In this document: piece by piece, positions 36,803 through 47,032 of the stretch
Layout of the letters: the number at the start of each line of letters is the position of its first letter
How positions within the stretch are numbered: position 1 is the stretch's first letter
Source of the DNA: Wenzhouxiangella sp.
Lineage (GTDB): Bacteria; Pseudomonadota; Gammaproteobacteria; Xanthomonadales; Wenzhouxiangellaceae
NCBI GenBank assembly: GCA_031580925.1
Contig: JAVLCB010000002.1
Span: forward strand, 12,710 to 76,709
DNA: 64,000 nucleotides
Reading direction: 5' to 3'
The notes under the pieces: model-generated
Databases searched by the model: none
The model's input: only the letters and a program-made list of their open reading frames with translations
Told to the model about the DNA's origin: nothing
Made by a program: the position numbers and the translations under genes

Positions 36803-37783
36803 TCAATACCTCAACAAGGCCGCCGCCCAGGTGAAGCCGCCACCGAAGGCCTCGAGCAACAGGGTCTGCCCGCGCTCAACGCGGCCACTTCGAACCGCCT
36901 CATCCAACGCCATCGGCACCGAAGCGGCCGATGTGTTGCCGTGGCGATCGACGGTGACCACCACCTGGTCCATCGACATCTGCAGTTTCTTGGCGGTGGC
37001 TTTGATAATGCGGAGATTGGCCTGATGGGGGATCAACCAATCCAGTTCAGACCGATCGATGTTGTTGGCCTCCAAGGTCTCTTCCACAATCCGGCCCAAT
37101 GTATTGACCGCCACTTTAAAGACCTCATTGCCGCGCATGAGCACCGCGATGCCAGCGCGTGGCTCGTTGACCTTAAAGCCACGAGACACCCCCACATCGA
37201 CCTTCAAAAGATCCGCGTGCGCGCCATTGGCGTGCAAATGGGTCGACAAAATGCCCGGGGTGGTGTCTGCGCTGAGCACCACAGCCCCGGCGCCATCGCC
37301 AAACAACACACACGTTTGGCGGTCGGTCCAATCCAACAACCGGGTCAAGGTCTCCGCACCCACCACCAACACATGCCGCGCTTGCTTTGAGCGGATGTAT
37401 TGATCGGCGATCGACAGCGCGTAGACGAACCCAGAGCAGGCGGCATTGACATCAAACGCGCCACACTCTTTTAAGCCCAAGCGGTGCTGCAGCAAACATG
37501 CCGTGGAGGGAAAAATCAGATCGGGCGTTGTGGTGCCCACCACCAATAGATCAATGTCAGTCGGTGACAGCCCAGCCGCATCCAACGCGGCTTTGGCAGC
37601 GCCCTCAGCCAAATCACAGGTGGTCTGGCCCTCAGCGGCAACGCGGCGCTCGCGAATGCCCGTGCGCTCTTGGATCCACGCATCGCTGGTGTCGACCAAC
37701 TGCTCAAGGTCTTCGTTGGTGACCACACGTTCAGGTAAACACCGTCCGGTGCCCGTGATTCGGGAATAGATCCGTTCACTCAT
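36803..37783 (-). CDS. fabH: Beta-ketoacyl-ACP synthase III
   Basis: [36 protein letters not shown]. Start set at ATG 37783. Confidence 0.96.
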   Translation of the reverse strand: MSERIYSRITGTGRCLPERVVTNEDLEQLVDTSDAWIQERTGIRERRVAAEGQTTCDLAEGAAKAALDAAGLSPTDIDLLVVGTTTPDLIFPSTACLLQHRLGLKECGAFDVNAACSGFVYALSIADQYIRSKQARHVLVVGAETLTRLLDWTDRQTCVLFGDGAGAVVLSADTTPGILSTHLHANGAHADLLKVDVGVSRGFKVNEPRAGIAVLMRGNEVFKVAVNTLGRIVEETLEANNIDRSELDWLIPHQANLRIIKATAKKLQMSMDQVVVTVDRHGNTSAASVPMALDEAVRSGRVERGQTLLLEAFGGGFTWAAALLRY

Positions 37784-38033
37784 GCCATTTGCTCCCAACA
37801 GACATGGACAAAGTGTAGCGCAGATTGGGCCACGGTCTGCTACGCGCCAAAACCCCACACCCGTGGGGCTGGCTCGGTTGGACACCAGACCAGTCCAGCG
37901 GGGGATATGGAGAGCGATCTGGCATGAACAACGCCAAGCTCAAGCTGGGCCCGTGTTGCGCTGGGATGAACCCAGGCGCAAAAAAAAGGGCCCCGTGTGT
38001 GGCAGCAATCAACCGGCCAACAAGCGCCAGTGA

Positions 38034-38243
38034 TTACTCGTTGCTGTCTTCTTCAGACTCGTCGATCTCAGGGGCCACTTCAACCACTTGGCGACCTCGG
38101 TAGAAGCCTTCAGCTGAGACGTGGTGACGGCGGTGGGTCTCACCGGTGGTTGATTCTTCGGACAGTGTCGCGCCGTGAATGGCATCATGTGACCGGCGCA
38201 TGCCCCGGCGTGACGGTGTTTTTCGACTTTTTTGAACAGCCAT
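38034..38243 (-). CDS. rpmF: 50S ribosomal protein L32 (no zinc-binding CxxC)
   Basis: [20 protein letters not shown]...HRRHH...YRGRQV. Start set at ATG 38243. Confidence 0.97.
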   Translation of the reverse strand: MAVQKSRKTPSRRGMRRSHDAIHGATLSEESTTGETHRRHHVSAEGFYRGRQVVEVAPEIDESEEDSNE

Positions 38244-38291
38244 TGTTTCAATCTCCAAAAATTACGACAGCACAGCCACACGGCCGCCCAA

Positions 38292-38816
38292 CTACTGATT
38301 TTCGTCTTTCTTCTTTATTTTACCCAACATCTCAAAGGGACGATGCGTGGGCGGTTCTTTCGCCCTGTCCGGCTGGGGTTGTTCGCCCACGGGCTCGGAT
38401 TCAGGACTCACTGGCACCAACGGGATGGCCAGCAGCAATTCTTCTTCCACCAACTCGGCCAACGCCAAGTCATCACCTTCATACAGCAACGGCTCATAGT
38501 CGTCAGGCAACTCATCGGCCTGGGACATCGCCGTGATCAAGCCAATGCGCGATCGGCTGTCGATGGCGTGGGCAAAACGGTGCAAGCCACGCTGACATAT
38601 CAACGGCACGTGGCCTGACACGGCCACATCGGCGACCACCTGGCCTTGCTGATCGACATAAAACTCAATCTCAAAATCCACCCCATCGGACGCACCGGGA
38701 CTTGCGAGCACGTCGGCCAATCGGGGCATGGTCTTAAGCGCAATGTGCCCAACAAATTGCCTGTGTGCCGCTGCCACTTTTTCGGGTCGCACCCGATCGG
38801 GAAAATTTCGCGACAT
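38292..38816 (-). CDS. yceD: YceD family (DUF177) protein
   Basis: CQRGL, ELVEEELLLAIP, HRPFE; canonical position upstream of rpmF. Confidence 0.9.
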   Translation of the reverse strand: MSRNFPDRVRPEKVAAAHRQFVGHIALKTMPRLADVLASPGASDGVDFEIEFYVDQQGQVVADVAVSGHVPLICQRGLHRFAHAIDSRSRIGLITAMSQADELPDDYEPLLYEGDDLALAELVEEELLLAIPLVPVSPESEPVGEQPQPDRAKEPPTHRPFEMLGKIKKKDENQ

Positions 38817-38867
38817 AAGCCGGCTAGTATATCATTGGCAGTGCACCAGAAACAAACTCGACCATAA

Positions 38868-39455
38868 GTGACCCCCATGCCCCCAAAACTGATCCTTGCC
38901 TCCAGCTCGGTTTATCGGCAAGCCTTGCTGGACCGGCTCAATCTGCCGTTTGAAGCCATCAGCCCTGAGGTGGATGAGACCCCAATCGAGGGTGAGTCAC
39001 CCAAGGCCCTGGCGGTCCGACTGGCGCACGCAAAAGCCCAAGCGGTGGCGGCTTCGACCACCCCCGATGCGGTGGTTATTGGCTCCGACCAAGTCGCCGA
39101 GTCCAATGGTCGCTGCCTGGGCAAACCGTTGACCGAGGCGCGCGCCGTGGAGCAACTGCTGTCACTGAGCGACCAAGCGATCACTTTCCACACCGCCATG
39201 GTGGTGGTCTGCGGCGAGCGGGTGTTTGAACACCACTGCCCAACGGCCATCAAAATGCGTCCACTGACGCGGGACGAGGTGGTTCGCTACGTCCAAATCG
39301 ACCAACCGCTTCACTGCGCTGCCGCCTTTAAGAGCGAATCTTTGGGCATTGCGCTGACAGCGTCGTATCAAAGCACCGACCCCACGGCCATCATCGGGCT
39401 GCCGTTGATCGAACTGGCCAAAATTTTGCGCACCCTGGGCTTCATCACCCCATAA
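38868..39455 (+). CDS. yceF: Maf family nucleotide pyrophosphatase (YceF-like)
   Basis: LILASSS.YR, VDET, IGSDQV, GKP, IIGLPL; divergent from yceD. Confidence 0.88.
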   Translation: MTPMPPKLILASSSVYRQALLDRLNLPFEAISPEVDETPIEGESPKALAVRLAHAKAQAVAASTTPDAVVIGSDQVAESNGRCLGKPLTEARAVEQLLSLSDQAITFHTAMVVVCGERVFEHHCPTAIKMRPLTRDEVVRYVQIDQPLHCAAAFKSESLGIALTASYQSTDPTAIIGLPLIELAKILRTLGFITP

Positions 39456-39570
39456 GAAAGCGCCGAACACGGCCCCAAAGTGGGGCGTTTAACTTTACAA
39501 TGAGTGCCACACTGACACAATGGCGCGTGTCTAACATTGGTTTTAACTGTGCCCTCTGGGAGAACCCACC

Positions 39571-41553
39571 ATGACAGCAACGCACACCGACGAATTCAAG
39601 CACTGGCGGCTGAGCACCGACCTCGATGGCATCGCCTGGCTGGTCTTGGACCACGCCGATGAAGCCGTCAACACATTGGGCAGCCCAGTTTTGGCCGAGT
39701 TGGATGGCATCATCGAAGCCTTGGAGGCGGATCACCCCACCGGGCTTGTGTTGATGTCGGGCAAACCCAAGACTTTCATCGTGGGCGCGGATGTGCGTGA
39801 ATTCGACGCCACAGACAAGGTCTCCGAGCTTGAAGACAATGTCCGCCGCGTGCACGGCCTGTTTCAACGCATCGAGTCATTGCCCTTCCCGACCGTGGTT
39901 GCCTTTGAAGGCTATTGCTTGGGCGGCGGCTTGGAGTTGGCGCTGTGCTTTGACTGGCGCATCGCGCTGAATGCCGACCACACCCGCATTGGCTTTCCAG
40001 AGGTCAACCTGGGCATTTACCCAGGCTTTGGTGGCTCGGGTCGCTCGGTTGCTGCCATTGGCGCACTCAACGCCATGCCGATCATGCTCACCGGCCGGAT
40101 GCTCAGAGCGGGCGCGGCGCGTGGCTTGGGGCTGGTCGATCAGTTGGTCTCCCCGCACGGCTCGCTCAAATGGGCCGCGCGCGCAGCCGTGTTGAAAAAA
40201 AAGCGCCACCGCCAACCCAACTGGATACAACGACTGGCCGTGCTGGGCCCCGTGCGCCGCTTTATGGCCGGGCAAATGCGCAAGCAGACCGCGGCCAAAG
40301 CCCGCCGCGATCACTACCCTGCCCCGTTTGAGCTGATTGACGCGTTCGAAAGCCAAGGCCACCACCCCCAGCAGATGATCGCGCTGGAGGCGGAGAAAGT
40401 CCCGCGCTTGCTCGCCGGCGAGACATCCACCAACCTTCGGCGCGTGTTTCGGTTGATGGAACAACTCAAAGAACAAGGCAAGCGCAGCGCGTTTCGAGCG
40501 CGGCGCGTGCACGTGATTGGTGCAGGCGTGATGGGGGGCGATATCGCCGCGTGGTGCGCCCTGAAAGGCCTTGAGGTCACCTTACAAGACCGACAAATGA
40601 AATACATCGAGCCGGCCATCGAGCGTGCGCATCAATTGTTTAAACGCAAACTCAAAAAGCCAAGCGCCGTGGCAGCGGCGAAAACACGCCTCAAAGCAGA
40701 CCCCGATGGCGAAGGCGTGACGCGGGCCGATGTCATCATCGAGGCCATTTTCGAGAACCGCGAGGCCAAGCGCGAACTGTTTACCCAACTCAACGCCCGC
40801 GCGCCCAGTGATGCCCTCTTGGCCACCAACACCTCAGCGATCCCGCTGGCCGACATTGCTGATGTGCTCGACGACCCCAGCCGCTTGGTCGGGTTGCACT
40901 TTTTTAATCCAGTGGCGCAAATGCCGCTGGTCGAGGTGGTCTATGACACCCCAACCGAGCAACGCTGGGTGGATGATGCCAGCAGCTTTGCCACACAAAT
41001 TGGCAAATATGCGCTGCCGGTGACCTCGACCCCTGGCTTTTTGGTCAACCGCGTCCTCGCCCCGTACATGCAAAACGCGATGACACTGCACCGCGAGGGG
41101 GTGCCGAAAGAAGCGATTGACAAAGCCGCAGAAAACTTTGGGATGCCCATGGGCCCGGTGGAGCTGGCAGACACGGTGGGATTGGATGTCGGCTTGGGCG
41201 TGATCGAAACCTTGATGGGCGAGTCGGCCGGCGAAGACAAAAAAATCCTCGAGAGCATGGTCAATCAAGGCCAACTGGGTAAAAAGTCCGGGCGTGGCTT
41301 TTATGAGTGGAAGAAAGGCAAACCCCAAAAAAATGCTCAGGCCCATCGCGGCCACGATCTGAATGCGCTCGCCGAGCGGTTGATGGCGCCGTATTTCAAA
41401 GAGTGCCAAGCGTGTCTGGCCGACGGCGTGGTCGCCAACAAAGACCTGCTCGATGCGGGGATGATTTTTGGGACAGGATTTGCCCCCTTCAAAGGCGGCC
41501 CGTTGCACGCTTTGGACAACCAACCATCGACCAGTGAGGAGAGCGCAGCATGA
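39571..41553 (+). CDS. fadJ: Multifunctional enoyl-CoA hydratase / 3-hydroxyacyl-CoA dehydrogenase (beta-oxidation complex alpha subunit)
   Basis: GGGLELAL, GFPEVNLG, GAGVMGGDIA, TNTS, GLHFFNP, PGFLVNR, GKKSGRGFY. Confidence 0.85.
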   Translation: MTATHTDEFKHWRLSTDLDGIAWLVLDHADEAVNTLGSPVLAELDGIIEALEADHPTGLVLMSGKPKTFIVGADVREFDATDKVSELEDNVRRVHGLFQRIESLPFPTVVAFEGYCLGGGLELALCFDWRIALNADHTRIGFPEVNLGIYPGFGGSGRSVAAIGALNAMPIMLTGRMLRAGAARGLGLVDQLVSPHGSLKWAARAAVLKKKRHRQPNWIQRLAVLGPVRRFMAGQMRKQTAAKARRDHYPAPFELIDAFESQGHHPQQMIALEAEKVPRLLAGETSTNLRRVFRLMEQLKEQGKRSAFRARRVHVIGAGVMGGDIAAWCALKGLEVTLQDRQMKYIEPAIERAHQLFKRKLKKPSAVAAAKTRLKADPDGEGVTRADVIIEAIFENREAKRELFTQLNARAPSDALLATNTSAIPLADIADVLDDPSRLVGLHFFNPVAQMPLVEVVYDTPTEQRWVDDASSFATQIGKYALPVTSTPGFLVNRVLAPYMQNAMTLHREGVPKEAIDKAAENFGMPMGPVELADTVGLDVGLGVIETLMGESAGEDKKILESMVNQGQLGKKSGRGFYEWKKGKPQKNAQAHRGHDLNALAERLMAPYFKECQACLADGVVANKDLLDAGMIFGTGFAPFKGGPLHALDNQPSTSEESAA

Positions 41554-42833
41554 CCCATTCAACGGTTCGACGCATTGCCATCATTGGCGGCACTCGCATT
41601 CCTTTTTGCCGCTCAAATACACTGTATGGCGAGCAAACCAACCTGGACATGCTCACCGCCGCACTTGAAGGCGTGGTTCAGCAGTACGGCTTGGCCGGCG
41701 AAGTGATCGACGAGGTGGTCGCCGGTGCGGTCACCACCCACTCCAAAGACTGGAACTTGGCGCGTGAGGCGGTGTTGTCGACGAGCTTGTCGGCGAACAC
41801 GCCCGGGATCACCCTGCAGCAAGCCTGCGGGACCAGCCTGCAAGCGGCGCTGCTGTCGGGGGCAAAAATTGCCTCAGGGCAAATCGAGTGCGCGATTGTC
41901 GCCGGCACCGACACCACCAGCGATGTGCCGGTGGTATTCCAAGACCGCTTCGCCAAGCGGCTGGTGGCGTTGTCACGCGCCAAATCCCTTGCCCAAAAGC
42001 GCCAAGCGTTTAAGGGCTTCAAGTTCTCTGAACTGACCCCACAGCCACCGCGAAACGCTGAGCCGCGCACGGGCTTATCAATGGGTCAACACTGCGAGAG
42101 GATGGCCAAAGCCTGGGAGATTCCACGACAAGCCCAAGACGAGCTCACCCTTGAGAGCCACCAAAAGGCCGCTCAAGCTTGGGACGAGGGCTTTTTTGAT
42201 GACCTCGTCATCCCGCATGCTGGGGTGTTGCGAGACAACATCGTCCGCCCAGACACCAGCAGCGATAAGCTGTCTTCGCTCAAACCGGCCTTCGATAAAA
42301 AAGGCGGCACGCTCACCGCGGGCAACAGCACCACCTTGAGCGACGGGTCGGCCGCGGTGCTGTTGGCGTCTGAAGACTGGGCCAAAGCGCACAACCTGCC
42401 CATCATGGCGTACCTGGTCGGCGGGAAAACCGCCGCCGTGGACCACGTGGATGCCGAGCAAGGCTTGCTGATGGCGCCCACAGTGGCCGTTTCAAACCTT
42501 CTCACTGACTTGAATTTAAATCTTCAAGACTTTGATTTTTATGAGATTCATGAAGCGTTTGCCGCGCAGGTGCTGTGCACCCTCAAAGCCTGGGAGTCCG
42601 ACCAATACTGCCGCAACCAATTGGGGCTGTCGGACGCGTTGGGCGCGATTGAGCGCTCGAAGATGAATGTCCGCGGCGGCTCCATTGCCATCGGCCACCC
42701 GTTTGCAGCCACCGGTGCTCGGATCGTCTCAACGCTGGCGGCAATCTTGCAACAAGCCGGCTCGGGTCGGGGCCTGATCTCGGTGTGCACCGCCGGGGGC
42801 ATGGGCGTGGCGGCGGTGATCGAACGCGAGTAA
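41550..42833 (+). CDS. fadI: Acetyl-CoA C-acyltransferase (thiolase, beta subunit)
   Basis: QQACGTS, EIHEAFAAQ, GHPFAATG, CTAGG; ATGA overlap with the alpha subunit. Confidence 0.88.
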   Translation: MTHSTVRRIAIIGGTRIPFCRSNTLYGEQTNLDMLTAALEGVVQQYGLAGEVIDEVVAGAVTTHSKDWNLAREAVLSTSLSANTPGITLQQACGTSLQAALLSGAKIASGQIECAIVAGTDTTSDVPVVFQDRFAKRLVALSRAKSLAQKRQAFKGFKFSELTPQPPRNAEPRTGLSMGQHCERMAKAWEIPRQAQDELTLESHQKAAQAWDEGFFDDLVIPHAGVLRDNIVRPDTSSDKLSSLKPAFDKKGGTLTAGNSTTLSDGSAAVLLASEDWAKAHNLPIMAYLVGGKTAAVDHVDAEQGLLMAPTVAVSNLLTDLNLNLQDFDFYEIHEAFAAQVLCTLKAWESDQYCRNQLGLSDALGAIERSKMNVRGGSIAIGHPFAATGARIVSTLAAILQQAGSGRGLISVCTAGGMGVAAVIERE

Positions 42834-42846
42834 GGCCCGCGTGGCT

Positions 42847-43755
42847 TTAGGTGTCGGCGTGCGTCGCGGTGAGGCTGAAATCAGCGGGAATGATGCCCGC
42901 CGCTTGCAAGGTGTTTTGTAGCAAGGTCGCCACCGTCATCGGCCCGACCCCGCCAGGCACAGGCGTGATCCAACTGGCTTTTTCTCGGGCTTTGTCGTAG
43001 TCCAAATCACCGCGCAGGCGGCCTTGGGCGTCTCGATGGATGCCAATGTCCACCACCACCGCCCCCGGGGCAATCCAGTCAGGGTCAATCAACCCCGCAC
43101 GGCCCACAGCCACACAAAGAATCGCAGCGCGGCCCACGTGCTTTTTGAGGTCTCGCGTGAACCGATGCGCGATGGTCACGGTGGCCCCGGCCAGCACCAA
43201 CTCAAGCATCAGTGGCCGACCGACAATGTTGGATGCCCCCACCACCAAAGCATCTTGGCCTTTGGGGTCAATGCCGTAGTAGTTCAGTAAGGTGATCACC
43301 CCGCGTGGCGTGCAAGGGCGTATTTCTGGGGTGCGTTGCGCCAACAGCCCCATGTTGGTGGGGTGAAAGCCATCGACATCTTTGTGCGGCGCGATGCGGC
43401 GGGTCACCCGCGCGGCATTGATGCCCTCAGGCAGCGGCAATTGCACCAAAATCCCAGCAACGGCTTCATCGGCGTTGAGTTGATCGATTAAAGCCAGCAA
43501 CGCATCTTCTGTGGTGGTGCTGGGCAGCGGATGCGAGAACGACCGGATTCCCACCCGCTCGCATGCTTTAATCTTGTGGCCAACATACACCTGCGAGGCG
43601 GGGTCATCGCCCACCAACACCACCGCCAGCCCTGGCGGTGGATGGCCTTGGGCGGTGTGGGCGTCGGTCGCCCGGGCCAAGGCCGCGATCAAATGGTCAG
43701 CCACAACCCGACCATCGAGCGTTTGAGCGGTGGGTTGGGCGTCAGCGTGGGTCAT
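42847..43755 (-). CDS. folD: Bifunctional methylenetetrahydrofolate dehydrogenase/cyclohydrolase
   Basis: [49 protein letters not shown]. Confidence 0.97.
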   Translation of the reverse strand: MTHADAQPTAQTLDGRVVADHLIAALARATDAHTAQGHPPPGLAVVLVGDDPASQVYVGHKIKACERVGIRSFSHPLPSTTTEDALLALIDQLNADEAVAGILVQLPLPEGINAARVTRRIAPHKDVDGFHPTNMGLLAQRTPEIRPCTPRGVITLLNYYGIDPKGQDALVVGASNIVGRPLMLELVLAGATVTIAHRFTRDLKKHVGRAAILCVAVGRAGLIDPDWIAPGAVVVDIGIHRDAQGRLRGDLDYDKAREKASWITPVPGGVGPMTVATLLQNTLQAAGIIPADFSLTATHADT

Positions 43756-43796
43756 GCCGCCATTGTAGCGCCAATGGACACGATCGGGTCTGTCAG

Positions 43797-45194
43797 TTAC
43801 TTGGAACGGCGGCGAAGTTGCTTGGTGCGGCGTCGTTTTTGGACTTGCCGCGGCGTGAGGGTGTTTTTTCGGCCCGCGTAGGGGTTGACCGACTCTTTGA
43901 ATCGCAAGCCCACCGGCACGCCGGTCAGATCAAAAGCCCGCCGAAATTGGTTGATCAAATAGCGCTTGTAGGGGGCTTTGAGCGAATCGGTGCGGCTGCC
44001 ATGGATGACCACCCGGGTGGGAAACAAGCCGCCCATGTGGGCATAGCGCAATTTGGGTCTGAACCGCTCGCCACCACCGGGCGGGTGCGCCTCCACGGCG
44101 CGTCTTAAGACCTCCGTGAGCTTGGGTGTGGACAACTCTTGACAGGCCAAGCCGTGGACGTGGTTCAGCGCATCGGTCAACTCCCCAAGCCCCGAGCCGT
44201 GGAGCGCAGACAACACCACCACCGGGGCAAACAAGGCAAACGGCATGCGCTCTTCCATGGCTTTCAGGCACTGCTCACGCCCGTGGTCATCCAACCGGTC
44301 CCATTTGTTGAGCACCAACACCAGCGCCCGCCCGGCTTCAATCACGTGCCCGGCCAAGCGCGCGTCTTGCTCACTGACACCGGCTTGTGCGTCAATCACC
44401 AGCACCACAATCTCTGCCCGATCCATGGCCTGCATGGCTTTGAGGGTGCTCAATCGCTCCAAGTCCTCTTGGGCGCTGCGTCGACGGCGAATGCCGGCGG
44501 TGTCGACCACATGGTAGGTTTGTCCAGCCCGTTCCACCGTGGCATAGATGGGATCCCGGGTGGTGCCGGGGATGTCGCTGGCCAAAGCACGCTCTTCGCC
44601 CACGAATCGATTGAGCAAGGTTGACTTGCCGGCGTTGGGACGGCCCAATAATGCCAAACGAATGCCATCGTCTGGTGTGGGTGGTGCGGCGGCGTGATCG
44701 GGCAAATGCCTGGCCACCTGCTCTGCCAAGGCATCCAGGCCACGCCGGTGCGCCGCGGCAATCGGACACACATCGACCAAGCCCAGCTCGCTGGACTCGC
44801 CCAGCGCGAGATCAACTTGGATCCCATCGGTCTTGTTGATGGCATGCACGATGGGTTTGTTGGTGCGCCGAAGCTGTTGAACAATATCAAAGTCCGCCGC
44901 CATCAACCCCGCTTGCCCGTCGCTGACAAACACCAACACATCGGCCTGTTCAATGGCGGCTTGGGTTTGATGCTGGGCGGCTTGATCCAGTGGCTGATCG
45001 GCGGCTTCAAGGCCACCGGTGTCAATCAAAATCACGCCATGCCCAGCCAGTTCGGCGCGGCCGTAGATGCGGTCTCGGGTGACGCCAGGAAAGTCAGCGA
45101 CCAGCGCATCACGCCGGCGCGTGAGCGCATTAAACAGTGTCGATTTCCCGACATTTGGTCGGCCGACAATGACCACAACGCCGAGCTGGTCCAA
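43797..45194 (-). CDS. der: Ribosome biogenesis GTPase Der (EngA)
   Basis: Two G domains (GRPNVGKS...DTGG; GRPNAGKS...DTAG) and a KH-like C-terminus. Confidence 0.97.
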   Translation of the reverse strand: MDQLGVVVIVGRPNVGKSTLFNALTRRRDALVADFPGVTRDRIYGRAELAGHGVILIDTGGLEAADQPLDQAAQHQTQAAIEQADVLVFVSDGQAGLMAADFDIVQQLRRTNKPIVHAINKTDGIQVDLALGESSELGLVDVCPIAAAHRRGLDALAEQVARHLPDHAAAPPTPDDGIRLALLGRPNAGKSTLLNRFVGEERALASDIPGTTRDPIYATVERAGQTYHVVDTAGIRRRRSAQEDLERLSTLKAMQAMDRAEIVVLVIDAQAGVSEQDARLAGHVIEAGRALVLVLNKWDRLDDHGREQCLKAMEERMPFALFAPVVVLSALHGSGLGELTDALNHVHGLACQELSTPKLTEVLRRAVEAHPPGGGERFRPKLRYAHMGGLFPTRVVIHGSRTDSLKAPYKRYLINQFRRAFDLTGVPVGLRFKESVNPYAGRKNTLTPRQVQKRRRTKQLRRRSK

Positions 45195-45206
45195 CGCCCT
45201 ACTCCA

Positions 45207-46376
45207 TCAGGGTCTGGCTTGCCAGGCTGTCAATCGACCCCCAGTATCCAGAACAAAGGCGGTGTTGCCCACCACCAACGGCGCGGCGTGTGCCGGGTCC
45301 GATCCGATGCGGGGTCGAGCCACGAACTCGCCAGAGTCGGTGTCTAACCAATGCATGTAACCATCGAAATCCACGGTGATGATGTGGTTGTTATAAAACA
45401 CCGGCCGGGTGATGTCGCGCCGCTCAAGCCGCGGCTCACGCCACAGCGTGGTGCTGTTTTGTCGATCGACCAACCAAATGGCATCCTCACGATCGGCCAC
45501 CGCCAACTGCGTGCGGCGCAAGCTCAATCCTTGCTCGGCGCTGATGTCTTTGATCCACAGCAAGCGCCCAGATTCTGTCGCCACAGCCGCCATCCGGCCT
45601 TTGTATGTCACCACATACAGCGTGTTGCCAACGATCGCCATCGGCCCATCGATGTCTGTTAAACGCTCAAGCTCCGTTCGGCCTTCGGGCTCACTGATGC
45701 GCTGCTCCCAAACCTGGGTGCCGTCGTCGGCGCGAATGGACGCCACCACGCCGTCATCAAACCCCAAATAAATCCGACCCGCTCGGGCCACCGGTGCGCT
45801 GTTGCCGCGCAGTGTTAACAATGGCACGGACCGATCATAGACCCAGGCTCGACGCCCGGTGTCTCGATCAAAGCCATAGACCCTGCCATCCAAGACACGA
45901 ACCACCACTTTGTCATCGGCCAGAATCGGTGAGGCCAAAACCTCGGAGCTGACCTCGCGGCGCCACACGACCTCACCGCTTTGTTTGTCCATGACCACCA
46001 CTTGGCCTTCAAACGTGCCGACAACAATGTGCTCATCGACAATCAAAGGCCCAGCCGAAATGGACAAATCGGTCTCAAAACGCTTCTCAACGCGACCCGA
46101 CAGGGCATTCACGCCAACGACCTGGCCTTGTTCACCAGCGACCCAAACCCACTCATCAGCAAACACCGGTGCAATGGCTGAGCGGCTGCGTCCAAAATCA
46201 CCGACGACCCGCTTGGACCACACGTTGTCGACCGACAAGCTGGCGTCAAACGCCACCAGCTCGGCTGGAGGCAAGCTGTCGTCGTCGCTGAACCAGCCGC
46301 CAATCGTTTGACACCCCGTCAAACCGATAAGCGCCACAACAGCGGCCAGGTGGCGAAGCGATCGTGCCGACATCAT
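45207..46376 (-). CDS. bamB: Outer membrane protein assembly factor BamB
   Basis: Lipobox LTGC, PQQ-like beta-propeller repeats, ELERLTDIDG; yfgM-bamB-der synteny. Confidence 0.93.
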   Translation of the reverse strand: MMSARSLRHLAAVVALIGLTGCQTIGGWFSDDDSLPPAELVAFDASLSVDNVWSKRVVGDFGRSRSAIAPVFADEWVWVAGEQGQVVGVNALSGRVEKRFETDLSISAGPLIVDEHIVVGTFEGQVVVMDKQSGEVVWRREVSSEVLASPILADDKVVVRVLDGRVYGFDRDTGRRAWVYDRSVPLLTLRGNSAPVARAGRIYLGFDDGVVASIRADDGTQVWEQRISEPEGRTELERLTDIDGPMAIVGNTLYVVTYKGRMAAVATESGRLLWIKDISAEQGLSLRRTQLAVADREDAIWLVDRQNSTTLWREPRLERRDITRPVFYNNHIITVDFDGYMHWLDTDSGEFVARPRIGSDPAHAAPLVVGNTAFVLDTGGRLTAWQARP

Positions 46377-47026
46377 GGCGCCTCCGCGGCAAGTTGCCCC
46401 GGCCCGGTGGCATCAAATTTCATTTGCAACAGGCTGCTGCCAAAGCCCATGTCATCGGGCGAATCCAGCGCTTGTTGGTACGCCGCGCGCGCCTGGTCCA
46501 TGTCGCCCAAGTCATAGTAAATGTCACCGCGCGCTTCGGCCCAGGCACCCTCATAACCGATGGGTGCTGCCCCGGAGACCACGTCCAAAGCCGCCTCATG
46601 GTCGCCTTGACCGTTCAATAAGCGCGCCAAGCGCAAGCCAATCAAGCCCTTAAATGACGCCATGTCACCCTCATTCCAAAGGGTTTGGTACAGCGAGGCG
46701 GCGGGCGCCAAACGGCCAGCCTCCACATAGCCGGTGGCCATGGCGATGCTCGCCAGCACATAAAATCCGCCTTGATCGACAGACTGCAACCGCTCGTAGT
46801 AGTCTTCAGCCATCTCCAGCTGGTCGCCGTCGATCAACTGTTGGATGGTGTTGAAGTAATTCGCCGCAGCGCTTTGGTTGTTGAGCTGGTTGGCCTGGTA
46901 TTGCTGGAACCCAAACACGCCCCCCAAAGCCAAAACCACCGCCAGCACAATGCTGACGCCATTGCTCTGCAGCCAGCGTCGGACGCGCTCACCTTGCTCG
47001 TGATCATCGTACAGTTCAACGGCCAT
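46373..47026 (-). CDS. yfgM: YfgM family TPR membrane protein
   Basis: EQGERVRRWLQSNG, single TM, TPR-like GDIYYDLGD..QARAAYQQAL. Confidence 0.9.
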   Translation of the reverse strand: MAVELYDDHEQGERVRRWLQSNGVSIVLAVVLALGGVFGFQQYQANQLNNQSAAANYFNTIQQLIDGDQLEMAEDYYERLQSVDQGGFYVLASIAMATGYVEAGRLAPAASLYQTLWNEGDMASFKGLIGLRLARLLNGQGDHEAALDVVSGAAPIGYEGAWAEARGDIYYDLGDMDQARAAYQQALDSPDDMGFGSSLLQMKFDATGPGQLAAEAP

Positions 47027-47032
47027 GTTGGG

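Noticed and set aside
37957-37987. Intrinsic terminator after rpmF
   Set aside because: On the transcribed minus strand the U run precedes the hairpin, the wrong order.
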